60,477 nucleotides of DNA from Chromera velia (lineage: Eukaryota). Positions 24,232 to 37,905 of this stretch are shown here, one piece after another. The translations under genes and the position numbers were made by a program. The notes under the pieces were generated by a model. The model was not told the origin of the DNA and ran no database searches. It worked only from the letters and a program-made list of their open reading frames with translations. Each line of letters starts with the position of its first letter. Position 1 is the first letter of the stretch. Location: positions 1-60,477 of the forward strand of contig JAHBMJ010000016.1 in the NCBI GenBank assembly GCA_018398765.1. The letters are read 5' to 3'.

Positions 24232-27122
24232 ATGCGTTGGCCTGTCCACTCGTCTGTCCTGGATCGCATGGTGTGTCAGGCGTTCTCTGCTCTTCTGAAT
24301 GCAGCCCGAAGACCTACGACATCATCTCATGGAACTGCAACAACTTTTCTGACAGAGCTTTGCGCTTCCTCATTCAAGACGCTGGGGTCCCTCAAGAGAT
24401 TAGAAGAGTTCCCTTTCTGATTGCTGACACAACTGTCGGGAAGCATTTCCTTCCAAAGATAAAGGAGGACATGGAGACTGTACGAAAAGCTGCGATTGAA
24501 TCGGGGGACGAGGCTCTATTGAGGGGTGACCTCTACTTCTATGGAGGTGCGCAGTCGGTAGTAGGAGAGAGATCGGGGGCGGCCAAACACATCTCCGTGG
24601 AAATTGGGAAGGATCTTCCCCTCCCAAAGTTTCGTGTCGCAGAGACGGAGACGGAGGCGGTGACAGATCAGACTGGTGTCTCTGAGACAAAAGAAGAGGG
24701 AAGGAATGAAAAGAAGAAACCGGGCTTGCAGATAGGAAAAAAAATGATGAAACCCCTGCGTGCTCTAAAGCTGACGAAAGAAAGTCAACAGAAGCCAACA
24801 GAAGAAGAAAATCCAGACGCCCCCCCTGCAGCCCCCATCACTGCAAGTCAAGAAGAACCCCCAAAAGTTCCCCCCCCAACGGTCAAAAAGATTTCCTTCC
24901 TGGATGACCTCCCACCGACATTCCAACAGAAAGCCCCGACTGTTTCAGATACAGAGAAGGAGACCCAGGGGACTTCAGAGAAGGCCACTGAGGAGAAGAA
25001 GGCGGAGGACACAAAATCGAAGGAGGGAGAAAAAGAAGGACAAGAAGCCTCTCCCACGGCTTCCCGTTCTGACTTTCTTCGTCGTTTCTCTCTGGCCTCC
25101 CTGTCGGAGTCTCTCTCAGAGGAAGTGCTGCGCTCTGCAGGGATCCCTGCACCCTCCAAAGGCCCAAATTCAGGGAGTGAGGGTGAAGGAGTAAGTGCCC
25201 CCCTTGTGGGGGTGCCACAGGACGCACACGCCCAAGAGAGCAAGCAGAGGAGTGAAGCAGATTTATGTGCAAGCAGAAAAGAGGGACCACAGACGATCAC
25301 AACCACCGGAAACGACCCAACTGGAGATCCCACCAAGAATCAAAAACAGACACAGATGCTTCAACGTGTTGATGAAGACAAAGCAGATTCACGAGGACAA
25401 ACACAAAAGATTCCCGCTTCCCCACCATCCCCTGCCCAGGACCAAAAGAGCAGTGCTTTCCGTCCGTCTAGCAGCAAAGCGCTGACGCTCTCTTCTTCCT
25501 CCTCTGCCTCATTCCCTCCCCAAAGCTCCACACTCTCAGGAACAGTCGAGGTTCCCCTCCCCCCTCCTCCGATGAGACTCGACCGAAATTCTCCCATTGC
25601 TCCTCCGCCTTCTGCATCAGGAAGGCACCGACAGGTCAAGGAGAAAGCCCCCTCGTCCCTCTCCGCCTCCTCTGCGTCTTCGTCCTCTTTATCAGCAGCA
25701 CAAAAGGCAACCCGACCCCATGGCACAACAGCACTGTCACAGGCACATCAGAACGGAGATCAGGAAAGAGATCCCAAAAGGCCATCGAGACCCCAGGCTT
25801 CTTCTGTGTCTTCTGACAGTGCTGTCAGCATCTGCTCAGGCTCATCTCTGAACGAACTCGAAACATGGGCAAAGAAAGTTTCCCCCCCCCACCTTATGTC
25901 TCAACACGGACCACAGGCAGGAAAGGGAGACGCACATTTCTCCCATCCGCATCACAGCTCGCAAAAAAGCAGGCTGACAGAGAAAGAGACAGAGAAGGTA
26001 GCGCGCCCCCCGATGATTCAAGACTCAAAACGCGAAGAACCAGAAACAGTCGGACAAGAAAGCCGCAGGTTGACGGACATCCAAACAGAAGGCAGCGACT
26101 CCCTCGAGAGTTTGAATTCACAAGAAACCTATCGGAGAAAATCTGTGAACAAAATCAGATCCTCTTCTGAAAATTTCCAAGAGGACAAAGAATTTCAGCA
26201 AAGAAGGGAACCCAGCAACATCACTGAGGGGACTTCCGTTGCCCTTCCGACAGACGAAAGATTAGAAACACAAAAGCAAAGAAAAGGTCATGAACAAAAG
26301 ATCACAAAAACACCCCACCGAGATTCAATTTGGTCCCGAGAGGACCAGATTTACTCCCAGCGAAAAGAAGAAGAGGGAGAAGAAAACTGGGTGGCTGGAA
26401 GCATACAGCCGGGGGACGCGCTTCAAGACGCAGACACGAACAAAATAAAAAGAGAGTCACATCGTTTCTCCGGTACATCCCAGAAAACGTCTTCTCAGCC
26501 CTCCCAAGCCCCCCCTTCTGACACCGCACAGCCGTCTGCTTCACGGGAAGAATTCAAAGAGTCTCCAGACGGACAGAGAATCGGCAAAGCTTCCACGACG
26601 CATTCAAATGAAAGGGGTAACGCCAGAATGCCTCTGCGTAGAGACGAATGCAAAGAGGAGGGAAAATATTTCCTGGAAGAGGATGACGATCTGATGCCGT
26701 GGGGGTACGGCTTTTCTTCGTCTGACACAGAAGAAGGGGTGGAATACGGACAGGCTGATGATGCCTCTGAGGTATCAGACGGCAGCAACCCAAGTTGGAG
26801 AACGCCAGCGTTTACTCCGGGTAGACGGCCTTCTTTCCAAGTGGAGGCCGAAGTAGAGATCCGGAAGGCGCTTCGAGAGTTGCGGGGAAGGCTGGCATCT
26901 CTTCGGGCAGAGAGGTGGAAGCCTGGGGGAGTGGATGCGGAGATGCACAGGGGTACTGGGACTGTTTGGGGAGGCTGTCTGTGGGAAGAGCGAGTTGACG
27001 AAGATGAAGAGTCCGCAGGTGTACGAGAGAGGGCGGACAGCGTGTCTGGAAGGCAAGCTCGAGGCGAACATGAGAGAAGTGATAGTGAATACTTTGTCCG
27101 CAGATTCAATGCAATCAACTAA
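23719..27122 (+). CDS. PPPDE/DeSI (peptidase C97) desumoylating/deubiquitinating isopeptidase with a long low-complexity tail; 2 exons
   Basis: Exon 1 23719-23996 (VKLKVYDLSGG...GIWHTGVEVFGREFFY), intron GTGAGT...GCAG, exon 2 24305-27122 (PKTYDIISWNCNNFS). His and Cys catalytic motifs are both present. Confidence 0.88.
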
Positions 27123-27159
27123 AATTCTCCAATGATGTAAACTTAAATGTATGAAGGAA

Positions 27160-27278
27160 TTTCTTTTTTTCTTTCTTAATTTATATATGTACATGTATAC
27201 ATGTATATATACTGTTTTTTCCTTCTTTTTTCTTTCTTAAAGTTTCCTTCCTTCTTTCTTTCTTTCTTTTTTTTTTTT

Positions 27279-27310
<32 letters not shown>

Positions 27311-27512
27311 TTTTTCTTCATTTTTTTCTTCATTTCTTTCTTTCTTTTTTTCTTCATTTCTTTCTTTCTTTTTTTCTTTTCTATTTTTGTTTCTCATTTT
27401 TTAAAAAATTTTTGTCTGTCAATTTTTTCTTTTAGTTTTTCTTTTTAAGTTCTTTTCTCGTTTTTTTTTTTCTTGTTTTTTTTTTTATTATTATTTGTTT
27501 CTTTTTTTTTTG
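27160..27512. repeat. T/C-rich low-complexity tract, (TTTC)n
   Basis: Directly visible. Confidence 0.9.
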
Positions 27513-28967
27513 GATTGGTTTACTTCTAAAGTTCTTGAATAGATTATCGGCTCAAAGCTAAACAAAACCATTATTTTTTTTGTCGACTTCACCACCAACT
27601 TTGTAGTTAAAAATATGTTACTAAGATAGACGGTCTCAACCATCTTTGTCCAGTTTGTTTTGTTTTGTTAAAGTATCTAGGATTTTTGAATGGTGTATAT
27701 TCCTTCATTTTTATGTTTTTTAGTACCATCTGAGTCCATGCACATGAAGTCTTTTTTTTTTTGAAATTAAACCAGTCTTCATCAGTGACATGTCAGACAT
27801 GATCAGTCTTTAAAAAAGTAATAAAGTTTATGTATAGTATATATCATTGTATATTTTATAGTATGTAACTGTATGTTTATTTTTTTATAGTTAAAAACAT
27901 ATGTAGAAACTCCAGTGACATATGTAGTCAGGACTCTTGTATATACGGTTCACCATATATGGTCCAGCACAAATAAATTATAAACTAGCTAGCTGCGGCC
28001 TAATGTGCAGCTCCCTTATCAATTAAATTAAAAAAAATAAAAGAATGAAATTAAATTTATTCACGGTATTACGGTATAATATTTTCTAGAATATTGTTGA
28101 ACAATTATATATACATAGAAGTATGGATCTGAACCTAGATCTGAAATCTCTAGGCGTATCATAAAGAAAAAAAAAAATAATTAAAGCCAATTTTGGCTTA
28201 CTTTTTTTTTGCCGATCATGTTAGGTGACAAACAACTATTGTTCAAGTGTTGCGTAACTTTTGTTTTGATGTTGCACAACTGTTATTTAGGTGTTACAAG
28301 AAAAAAAAAAAGAAAAAAATAATTAAAGCCAATTCTGGTTTATCTTATTTTATTTTTTGCTGTGATACGCCTGGTGAATTCTAGAATGCACATACATACA
28401 GTCTGACTGTAAGTTTAACTCTGATAAATCGATCCATATTCTATTAGTAATCCAGGCTTCCACAGCATCATGGAGGTTAAAAGACAAAAAAGGTCAAAAC
28501 GAAATTCGGCTTCAACTACATCATAGGACGATTGCGCCATGCATGAGTGAAGATGTTCTTCCAACCTGTCTGTCTTAAAACTCCTGACAAGCCCATTGAG
28601 ATTGGCAGCATCACGATAATGCGTATTTAGAGCCAAGCTCTAGACCAAGCTCCATGGAAATTCATTCTGCCGAGCAAAATTGTTTGGTTAAACTTTCTCA
28701 TGCGGTCACGCATGCGGTCCATATATATCTCCATACTGCCGCTCGCAACTTTGCGCGAACACAGGCAAAGCGGTCTCTCGATCTCACATGATCTGACATT
28801 GTGCCTCCTGGACTGCTTTGCATGGGCATCTCTGCTCTCCTTTGGCCTTTTCTTTTCTCATCCTCCCGGGCCCAGGATCCCTCTTCCCCTTTTTCCTTTC
28901 CTTCGTTCCCTGAGGTTCCCCCTTTCTTCCTCTTCCTCTCTCTCTCTCTCACACACACACACACCCC

Positions 28968-29014
<47 letters not shown>

Positions 29015-29765
29015 GGAGTCTTCTTTCTTTCTCATCGAGGAAAGCCTTCGGGTATCACTTCCCTTCACTTTTTGTGCCAATTTTGAATGCCCCAAATATG
29101 CCGTAGCAGAATTTGAGCACCGAGGCTCAGTCTCACGAAGACGAAGTCAGACATTTTCGATGGCAAGTGAAAAAAAGAACAGCCTGTGATATAGACGATC
29201 CTTTCAGCCTGCACAGAGACGCCGGCAACTGCTCTGTGTTTCTTCCGGTCCTTAGCTTGAAACTGTCACTCCATGTCGAGAAGCGTTAGATCGAACAATT
29301 GTGCGCGTGTTTTCTTTCGAATGGCAACACGATCTACACGGCACACACTGCACTACAAAGTGTGGTACAGACCCCTGCACAGTTAGCCGTGGCGCATGCG
29401 AGAAAAGCAGGGGGATTCCACCAAAGCAACAGACATCCGCACACCACGACAGCACCTCCGCAGCATGCAACAAAGCAGGCGGCACAGTGCTGCCATTTCT
29501 TCGCCTCGGCAGATGGAATCCCCGTGAGCACCATCTGTCCAGCTGCAAGAGCCGCAGAAGTGATCAGGGGGACTTCCCGCCCGCTGCCATCAACGGCACG
29601 GCAAGCAGCGATGCCGTAGCTTTGGAAGGGAAAACTGACGACACCCTGTAGGAAAGCATGGGAGCAGTCGCCGGCGATCCCTTCGGAAAGCGGTACAGAG
29701 CAATTTCAGGGATAAAGGGACTCTGGCGAGCGGGCCGAAGAGCGAGGAACTCTTTCCACGTAAGA

Positions 29766-30140
29766 TCAAGCGAGTGACTTGCGGAGCTCAGCGTACACCC
29801 TAAATGCTTCCTGCTCCCCCTCATCAAGATTCACGACTTCGACGGGTCTTTCATCAGGGAACAGTTCGCTTACAGTTTCGCACGTCTCCAAGGATGCCGG
29901 AAGTGCGTGCGCAGAAATTGAAAATCCACAGGGGACAACACAGGCGGCGAAAGCCACGGGGCCACAGACAACTCCAGCCAGTGCAGTACTTGTGGCAGCG
30001 AGGATCAGTCCACTGCCGCAAGTAGCAACGAAACAACCGGCACATGTCGCCATTCTACCGAAACTCACACGCATTGCCAAGGCCTGCACTGCAACGACAC
30101 ACAGGAGCAAGACAACAGTAGATGTGCGGACCGGCAACAT
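29766..30140 (-). CDS. Small putative secreted Cys-rich, hydrophobic protein (~124 aa)
   Basis: Signal-like MLPVRTSTVVLLLCVVAVQALA, then CAGCFVATC...VVCGPVAFAACVVPC and an acidic tail. Intronless. Confidence 0.55.
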   Translation of the reverse strand: MLPVRTSTVVLLLCVVAVQALAMRVSFGRMATCAGCFVATCGSGLILAATSTALAGVVCGPVAFAACVVPCGFSISAHALPASLETCETVSELFPDERPVEVVNLDEGEQEAFRVYAELRKSLA

Positions 30141-30940
30141 GGCTTCCCTTGGTACCTTGAGACCGTGAGCGATGTACGAATATATATTTAATATGTACGA
30201 ATGGATGAGACGAGTGGATTGGATTGTCCGCAGAGTAAAGGGTGAACGCGAATCCGAGACTTGCTTTGGAAAAAGAAGGGTGCACGGTCCGTCCGAACGA
30301 TCTGGAGTGTCTTCAGATTCTGTTGTGGGATCCATGACACAGTACCTCATATATAGAAGCCTCACGGAACCAAGTCGAAGGCAACTTTCTGTCTGGCAAT
30401 TTCGTACGTAGCTGCAAAAGACGACATTCGTTGAATTGACACGTCGCACTACACGTCGAAATTTGCAAGCTCCGAGTTATCGATCTCGTCTTGCGCGAAT
30501 CTGGCTGAATTAGAGCCTTGCCTCTTTTTTTTAGTGCGCAAAGCGCGCGCTTTTTGTCTAAATAATTAAGCTTAATTCCATGCTTTTTTTGGCCGGCCGG
30601 CCGGCCGGCCGGCCCCCCCCCGCGCGCGCGCAGTCCGCTGAGGGGATGAGTCATGAGCTATATAGTCCGCTCGGCGAGCATTTTTTTTGGCACTAAAAAA
30701 AAAGCAAAAGCTGCATGAATGATGCATGAATGATTCCACTCGGTGTCAGAGTCAGACTTCGGCTGCTCATCTCTACATCGCGTCCTGTATGGCAGTTACT
30801 TGATTGTTCAGCCTCTGATGTCTTGAACTCATTGTGAACTGTCAGCATTTTGAATCCGGACGCGTCACACAGAACTGCAAGAAACCTAGTCTGACACACT
30901 CCCGTCTCTCTGCAACGGCTATATATCGAATCCGAGAACC

Positions 30941-31462
30941 ATGCACAAGTTCCTCTGCCTTGCTCTCCTTGGACTCGTACTGGGTTTCGCTGCAGCTCAG
31001 TCTCAGCCTTCTGCCGTAGCCAGAGAAGTCTCTGAGACCTCTCCCCCTTCTGGATCGTTCGTCCCGCCTCGCCGTCTCCAGCAATGCTGCACAGAATGCC
31101 AAGGCTTCCCCGTGTTCCACTCCTGCTGGCGCAGTTGCTCGAACGCCAGCCCGCACCCCTGCATCGGGTCTGATCAGTGCGAGGAGGCAACGCAGCGCGT
31201 AGCGGGACTCGCAGAGCGGCTCGCGTGCATAGAAGCCTCATCCCCTTCCAGTTGCCCTTCAGGCCAAAATCTCGTCTGCGAGACTATGACGCAGAGTCCC
31301 CCGGTAGACATCCGAACCTGCCAGAGATACTGCGAGACGACCCTGGGATCTGCGCACGTGGCCTGCAGCACCGCGACGGGGCCGGTTCCCGCCTCTCTCA
31401 GCTCTTATACGGGCCTCTGCTCTGGACAGATGTATACGGCAACCAGATGCCGTTGTCACTGA
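30941..31462 (+). CDS. Secreted cysteine-rich protein (173 aa)
   Basis: Clear signal peptide MHKFLCLALLGLVLGFAAA; RRLQ precedes a Cys-rich mature region ending TRCRCH. TATA-like CTATATAT lies ~20 nt upstream. Confidence 0.72.
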   Translation: MHKFLCLALLGLVLGFAAAQSQPSAVAREVSETSPPSGSFVPPRRLQQCCTECQGFPVFHSCWRSCSNASPHPCIGSDQCEEATQRVAGLAERLACIEASSPSSCPSGQNLVCETMTQSPPVDIRTCQRYCETTLGSAHVACSTATGPVPASLSSYTGLCSGQMYTATRCRCH

Positions 31463-32493
31463 AGATGCGCAGACTGAGTCTGACCTTTCATCAAGCACTT
31501 GCCCGACGTTTTTGCTCTGCGTGTGCATGGGTGTGTGTGTGTGTGCGTACTCTTGTGTCTGTGTCTAAATTCGTCAGTCGAAACGCTGATCCTCTGACGT
31601 CCCGCGGTGTGATATGTAATGGCAACTGAATCTGTCCGGTGCATGGTCCATGGGGTAAACGTGCGCATGGGAGTCTATGAGATGTATTGGTGGATGGCGA
31701 AGTGGATGGTCGATGCATGTCCGTGATGGATTTCCCGAACTTTGATCAGGCGAACAATGTAACGTCACGAAGAGGGGGGAAGGGAAGACCGTTGTGCATA
31801 CGTACGCACCCGTCATTTCCCTCGACGGTTTTCTCTCTCGCCTCGTTTCTACTCCTTTCGCCAGAAATTCAAGTTCGCCTTGTGCATTTGTGTTTAAGTC
31901 ACTGGCATGTGGATTTACGTTTCTGTGCCGCAGACTGAGCGTGAACTACCGTTTGATTTCACATGCAAGTTGTTGCATGCAAGTTTTTAAAGCCAAACTT
32001 CCTTTTTTTGAAGCTTTTCTGGCTATAGTTTTCTGTTTTTTTCTCAGCCTGCCAGTGAACATTACTATACTTGAGGAACAGAATTACTGGATTACTTAAT
32101 TCAATAAATTTATGAATCATGAATGAATGGAATATGAATGGAATTCAATGAAAAAAAAAAAAATTAATAAATAAATCTATGAATGTCAGCTTATATATAT
32201 ATTAATATAATCTTAAACACCATTCAAAGAACTTAAAATTGTTAGGTAAATTACTAAGCAAATTAGGCATAACAGCTAGAGAGTGTAAGATGTATGAGCA
32301 TAGCAAACAATATATTTGATACAGACAAAACGCAAATCTATACTACTAGCCTGAGTACTAGCATTATCTATACGTGCCCTGCTATAAATAAGGACACTAA
32401 ATAACCAAAATCTAAACTGAAAAGTCTTAAATTGGATTTTTTTAATACATACATATATATATATATATATACCGTGAAGCAACAGCTAGTGAG

Positions 32494-32812
32494 CGTCAGA
32501 TTTCCTCCTAGACTAAGAACGTAGTCTAGTTGGAGACTTATCATACCTTACCTCCTTAAGTCTGTCAGTCAGAGTTCACTTCCAAGGCCTCCATTTAAGC
32601 AATACAGGTGGACGAAGACTGTACGGCATGCTTCTATTTATTTCTGTATTGCAAGTCTATTATTTCTTTCTCTGTATTGTCGGTCTGTCACTTAATTCTC
32701 TTAGTGCAGTTAATTAATGCCGGCCGGGCTTAGTATTATGAAATTAGTTTCCAGTCCCAGTTCTAGCGAGTTTGACGGATGATCAAGTCGCCGTACAAGC
32801 CACAACGTAACG
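32494..32812 (-). repeat. 3' LTR (319 bp)
   Basis: Direct repeat of 37906-38225. Confidence 0.93.
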
Positions 32813-32849
32813 TACGTGCCCTCTCCCCCCCCATGGCCTGTGCGCCTCA

Positions 32850-35800
32850 CTCAGGCCGAAGCATGGAAATTGATAATCGCTTGTTTTATATTCTTCAATG
32901 ACGACAGGGGCTCCCATGATGCATCTTCCAATGGATATCCCCTCCAGAGAACCTTGTACTGCTTAGCCTTGCCCCTCCCTCAGACTGCAAGGATTTTCTC
33001 GACTTCATATTCCTCCTTGGCCTAAGCGGGCATGCGGACAGACGGGGGGCGAGTCTCCCCACTTGGCTGACGGTAAGGCTTACACAACGATGTGTGAATG
33101 ATAGGGTGTTTCCTGCTCCCAGCAGGTAAAACAACCTCCAGATTGTCTCGAAGCAGAACGGTCTCGACTTTGAACGGACCGAACCAAACTGAATCAAGCT
33201 TCCTAGCATATTCCTCCCCCTTCCCCACAGGACGTGGCTACCACGTGCGGTACACCAGGACGTAATCTCCTACTCGGATGTTCTTGGCGGGACGCCGACG
33301 GCGGTTGGCGTTTCGGGTCATGACTTGTTGGGCTGAGCGGAGTAAATCTCTCACTGCAGCGATCATTTGGCTGTGCTTCTCCAGAAATTCCCCTGCGTCG
33401 AAAGAAGGTTCGACTGAGACTGGGAGATTGAGAGCAGGGGGGATGAGCGGGGACTTCCCACCATCGAGAGTGAGGGGTACAAAACCAGTCCCCTCATAGA
33501 CAGAGGAGTTGTATGCAAACTCCACATCACACAGAAATTCAGACCACCCGGAGTGCTTCATGTCTACCAGACACCGCAAAGCCTCCTCGAGGGTATGATT
33601 CATTCTCTCTATGGTACCCGCTGTGTCGTGGTGCGATGTAGTTGCGAAATCGACTTCTGAGCCGCTGGAGGCATGGAGAGTTTGCCAAAAGCAGGCAAGA
33701 AAACGGGAGACACGGTCGCAGACGATATAACGCTGGAAGCCCTTCTTGTATGAAACGTGCTGGCGGTAGATTCGCGCGGTCTTCTCTGCTCCTGCTGTGT
33801 TGTGAGTGGGAATCAAGACGACTGCCTTGATGAGCCGGCAAAGCACCAAAAGAATCGCATCAAACCCCTTATCACCGGAAGGCGGCAAGTCAGTAAGGCG
33901 GTCAATGCAAGTTGACTCCCAAGGGCGTAAAGGGATGGGGAGGGGCTGCAGGAGCCCGGGGCGGGCCGCAGTGAGACCCTTACTCCTCTGACACTGATCG
34001 CATGTAGTACAATGACGCAACCTTTCAATAGGTCTTCCCCGTCCCAAAGTGAGCAGCGTGCGGAGGGGAGTACACCCCAGCCATCACAGTCCCCTGCTGA
34101 GATCTAGGGACACAGAGACGATTCCCCTCAAAATACAAAAGACCGGCATGAAGTGACATGCCTCACAAACGAAGGGCAAAATCAGGGGTGGGGGCGGGTG
34201 GGTGTTGCTGTGACAGATGCTGAAGGACAGGGTGGAAGAAGGGATTGGCTGAGTATCCCCTCCTGCAGGCATTAAAGAATGCCTATGACTGTGTGGCGGA
34301 GACCATCAAACTCTGCAACTCCATCCCTACCTGAGACTGCCGCCCATCTCCCTCCCTAACTGAAGTCTGGCTCTCCTCAATCTCAGGAACCAAATCGGGC
34401 AGACCAGTGTACTCTGCCCCCAAAGACCCAACGGGCTGGACAGACACCGGAACAGCCTCTGACAGAGGCCTGGGACGTACAGGCAGACGCTAAGCGCGAC
34501 CCATGTGAGAAACCTCGGCAGAAGACGGCATGAGCTGCCGTGCGGCAGGAGGGTTTCGGGAAAGGGCGTCTACCACAATGTTTACTCTCCCTGGGATATA
34601 CTTTGGAGTGATGCCGAGCTCTTGCATGAACTCAATCCAACGTCGGACTCGTAGGGAGCAAAATTCGAACGATCGGTGGCTGAAATTTGTGAGGCTCTGG
34701 TGATTGGTCCATATTTTAGAGTCTGAAGACAGGAAGTGTCTCCACACCTTTACAAAATGCACAATCGCTAGAAATTCCAACTCTCGGACGGGGTACTTAG
34801 CTTCCGTGGATGTCAGACGGCGGGAGCCGAAAGCGAGGGGGCGGTATCTCCCGGTTACACAGTCCTTCTGGAGAGCGACAGCCCCAATGGCTCCTGCAGA
34901 CTGCGACACGTCGGGCACCAGAATGACTGGCTTGCTGGGATCGGGGAGGGCAAGGGTGGCATGCTCTTGTACTGCCTTCTTCAGCTCAACAAACGCACGC
35001 GACTGTGCAGTCTTCCATTCGAAGGGGACGTTCCCTTGGAGGAGGAATGTGAGAGGCCCCGCAAGAAACGAGAACCTCGGGATAAACCGGCGGAACCAAT
35101 TGGCTAGTCCCAGAAACTGGTGTAGGGAAGTGTAGTCTGTGGGTTGTGCGAACTCAGTGAGCCCTTGCATTTTCTCATGGCTCGGTCTGACCCCCTTCTC
35201 ATCAACCACTAACCCCAAAAACTTCACCTCTGTCTGAAGCCATACGCATTTAGAGACCTTGACGTAGAGCTTGTATTCCCTTAAAAGGGAAAAAACTTGG
35301 TTGATGTGCTCGATATGCTCCTCCGGAGTGCGACTGAAAACAAGAACATCATCAATAAACATAACAACCTAGCATAACAACACACTTGTCAAGGAGTGGT
35401 CTGAGCACATCTGTGATGAGACGCATGCTGATGGAAGGTGCGTTATACAAACCAAACAGCATCACCAGCTATTCAAAACTGCCGTACCTTGTGACAAATG
35501 CCGTCTTCTCCTCGTTTCCCTCCCTGATCCTTGTCTGATGGAAGTATTGCCGTAAGTCCAGAGACGAGAAAAATTTTGCGCCATGGAGGCGACTCAGCAG
35601 CTCCTCTAGGTGAGGAATGGGGAATTTGTTGCGGACTGTGATCTTGTTGAGTCCCGTGAAATCAATGCACATCCGTTGCGTCCCGTCTGCCTTTTGCACA
35701 AACAGGACTGGCGTAGCGTATAGACTTGTCGAAGGGCAGATGTGCCCTTTCTCGAGGTATGAGTCCAACTGCCGTCTCAGCTCGTCAAGCTGACCGTATG

Positions 35801-37700
35801 ACAGTCGGTAGGGTGCTCTCACAGGAGGAGAGTGCCCTGCCTCGACCTTGATCTCACACTCGATCTTTCAGTGAGGCGGAAGACCTGGGAGCTCGTCTGA
35901 GAACCGATCAAAATATTTTTTGAGAACCGACCGGACGCTGGGTGGGACCTCTTTGCTCTGGAGGTGCTTTCGGAATCCCGTGTAGGTCGAAGAATTGATG
36001 GGATGGTCAGGAGGGAAAGACGAAAGGGGCGGTAGGTCTTCGGGCTTACCGGCAGACTGCAGGGAATGCACCCCCAACGTATCATTCACCCCCCCCTTCT
36101 GCACTGCTTCGAGGCGGAATAGATGCACATGGGAACTGGGTTTCTTCGTCAGCCGATGGAGCTCTCTCTAGCTAAAAAAGTCCTCCCCCTCCCTTTCCGC
36201 CGGGTACTCCTCACTGTCAAGCAGGAACAAGTCTCTCCCAGTCGGCAACTCACACGCGGGGATCGTGAGGGCCTTCTCACGGTTATGCGAGATAGGAATG
36301 TACTCCTCACAGAAGGGCATCCCCAACATAATATCGTAATCATCGTCTAGATTGATTATTGTGAGATCCAGAGGCGTGCTGAAGCCCTGGATGCAGAGGG
36401 GAAGGCCTTTGACCTCCTGGGAAATCGGAAGCTGCGGTCCCCCGTTCAACCCACCCTTGCATATGGTCGGCTCATCGAGATCCCAGAGAGTGAAACGGTT
36501 CGACTCGGCAACGGAATGGGCAAGAAAGTTCGAATCTGCCCCAGAATCGTACAGACAGTGAACAGGGACCCCTGCTAACTGACCGTGGAAGCGGATAAGC
36601 TTCTCCGGTACGTGGGAGGTTTTCGTGGAATAGTATCTGTGAAACGGGTAGCCATTTTGCATGCCTGCACTCTGATTCTGCCGTTGCGACCCCCACAACC
36701 CCGGCGGGAAGTCAGTGACTGGGCGTGCGGCAGGCTGCCACATCTGCTGGTGCTGCATGGGCGAAGGTGCAAGGCCTAAGGGCACCACTGGACCCTGAGG
36801 TTGCATGAGAGGGTTGCCGACCCCCATATGCCTGAAATTCCGATTATCAGGACGGGGAGGGGCATTTCGATACTGCTGTTGTTGCTGCTGAAATGACTGG
36901 TATGGGAAGTTTTGGTACTGCTGGGGGAGGAGACGGTTGTTAGACTTTGGGCACCTGCTTGCCCAGTGGCCCTGTTGGTGGCAGTTGAAACATCTGTCCT
37001 CTCTGATGTGCCTCTGCACCTGCTCGTACGACAGCGCGTATAGGCGCGACAATCTATCTATTTCCATCGGTGCAGGCCCATCTGTGTTGCGCTGTTGTAC
37101 CACATGCCCGCCCCCATTGGTGTGCTTGCCTCTGATCAATTGGTCTTCCTCATCTGCCACTGTCATGACGGCCTCAAGTCCCATGACTCCCCAACGTTTC
37201 ACAGCGAGACGAATGTTAGTTGGCAATCCTCTGAGGTAGTCGTACAGCAGGTCGGCTTCTGTGATATCCTCAATTTGCATCGCCTTCTCTATGAAGTCAT
37301 CGGTATACTTCTGTACTGTCTTGTTCCCATATTTTATCGCTCGGACTTCTTCTCATAAACGTGTCTGAGCATTTGGGTCTTTGAATTTCTTCCCAATCCT
37401 CTCTTTGAAATTCTCCCACCCCTGGAACGGCGTTCGGAGGTTTTTGAGCTCGTACCACCTCTGGAGGGGACAGGATAGGTACTGACATGCTGCTTCACAT
37501 TTCTCGGCTTCCGACGCTCACGACAAGCGAAGCCATCTCTCTATTATACGGAGCCAATCTGGGAGTTGTTTGCGACTGCCTACATACGTGAACGGCTCTT
37601 TGGGTTTTAAATTTGACTTCATGGTCGCTGGGGGGCTGTTCTCCACAGTATCCTGTTATACTGTCACAACTGTCTGCTGGTGGTTGATCAGCTCTTGGTG
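32850..37700 (-). pseudogene. gag-pol polyprotein with stops and frameshifts
   Basis: Zn knuckle CFNCHQQGHWASRC and protease LYDSGA (36168-37280); RT RMCIDFTGLN, KTAFVTRYG, FIDDVLVFS (35822-~35000); RNase H YPVRELEFLAIV, DALSR; integrase CDQCQRSK...ERMNHTLEE (33238-34047); chromodomain EYEVEKIL...YKVLWRGYPLEDASWEP (~32870-33015). Confidence 0.93.
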
Positions 37701-37905
37701 TAGCTGTTGATTTTGTTGGGTTAACTGCCCGTTTTGGACCTACAGTGCCTGGATCTCAGCTTGCTGCTGCTGTTGAGTTTGAATGAGCTGCTAGATGAGC
37801 TCAGGAGTGATAGTAGACGGATCCATCCTACCTGCACTTCAAACAACGGTTGAGAGACAGAGTGGGGTCTCCCTGAGGCGGAGGACCGGGGCTCTGCTGC
37901 TAGCA

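Noticed and set aside
23775..24304. N-terminus of the 1115-aa ORF as listed in the track
   Set aside because: It is the wrong frame of exon 1 plus intron sequence; the spliced model starts at 23719.
28415..29651. Short ORFs at 28415-28636 and 29252-29651
   Set aside because: They may be decayed coding fragments, but no family could be recognised.
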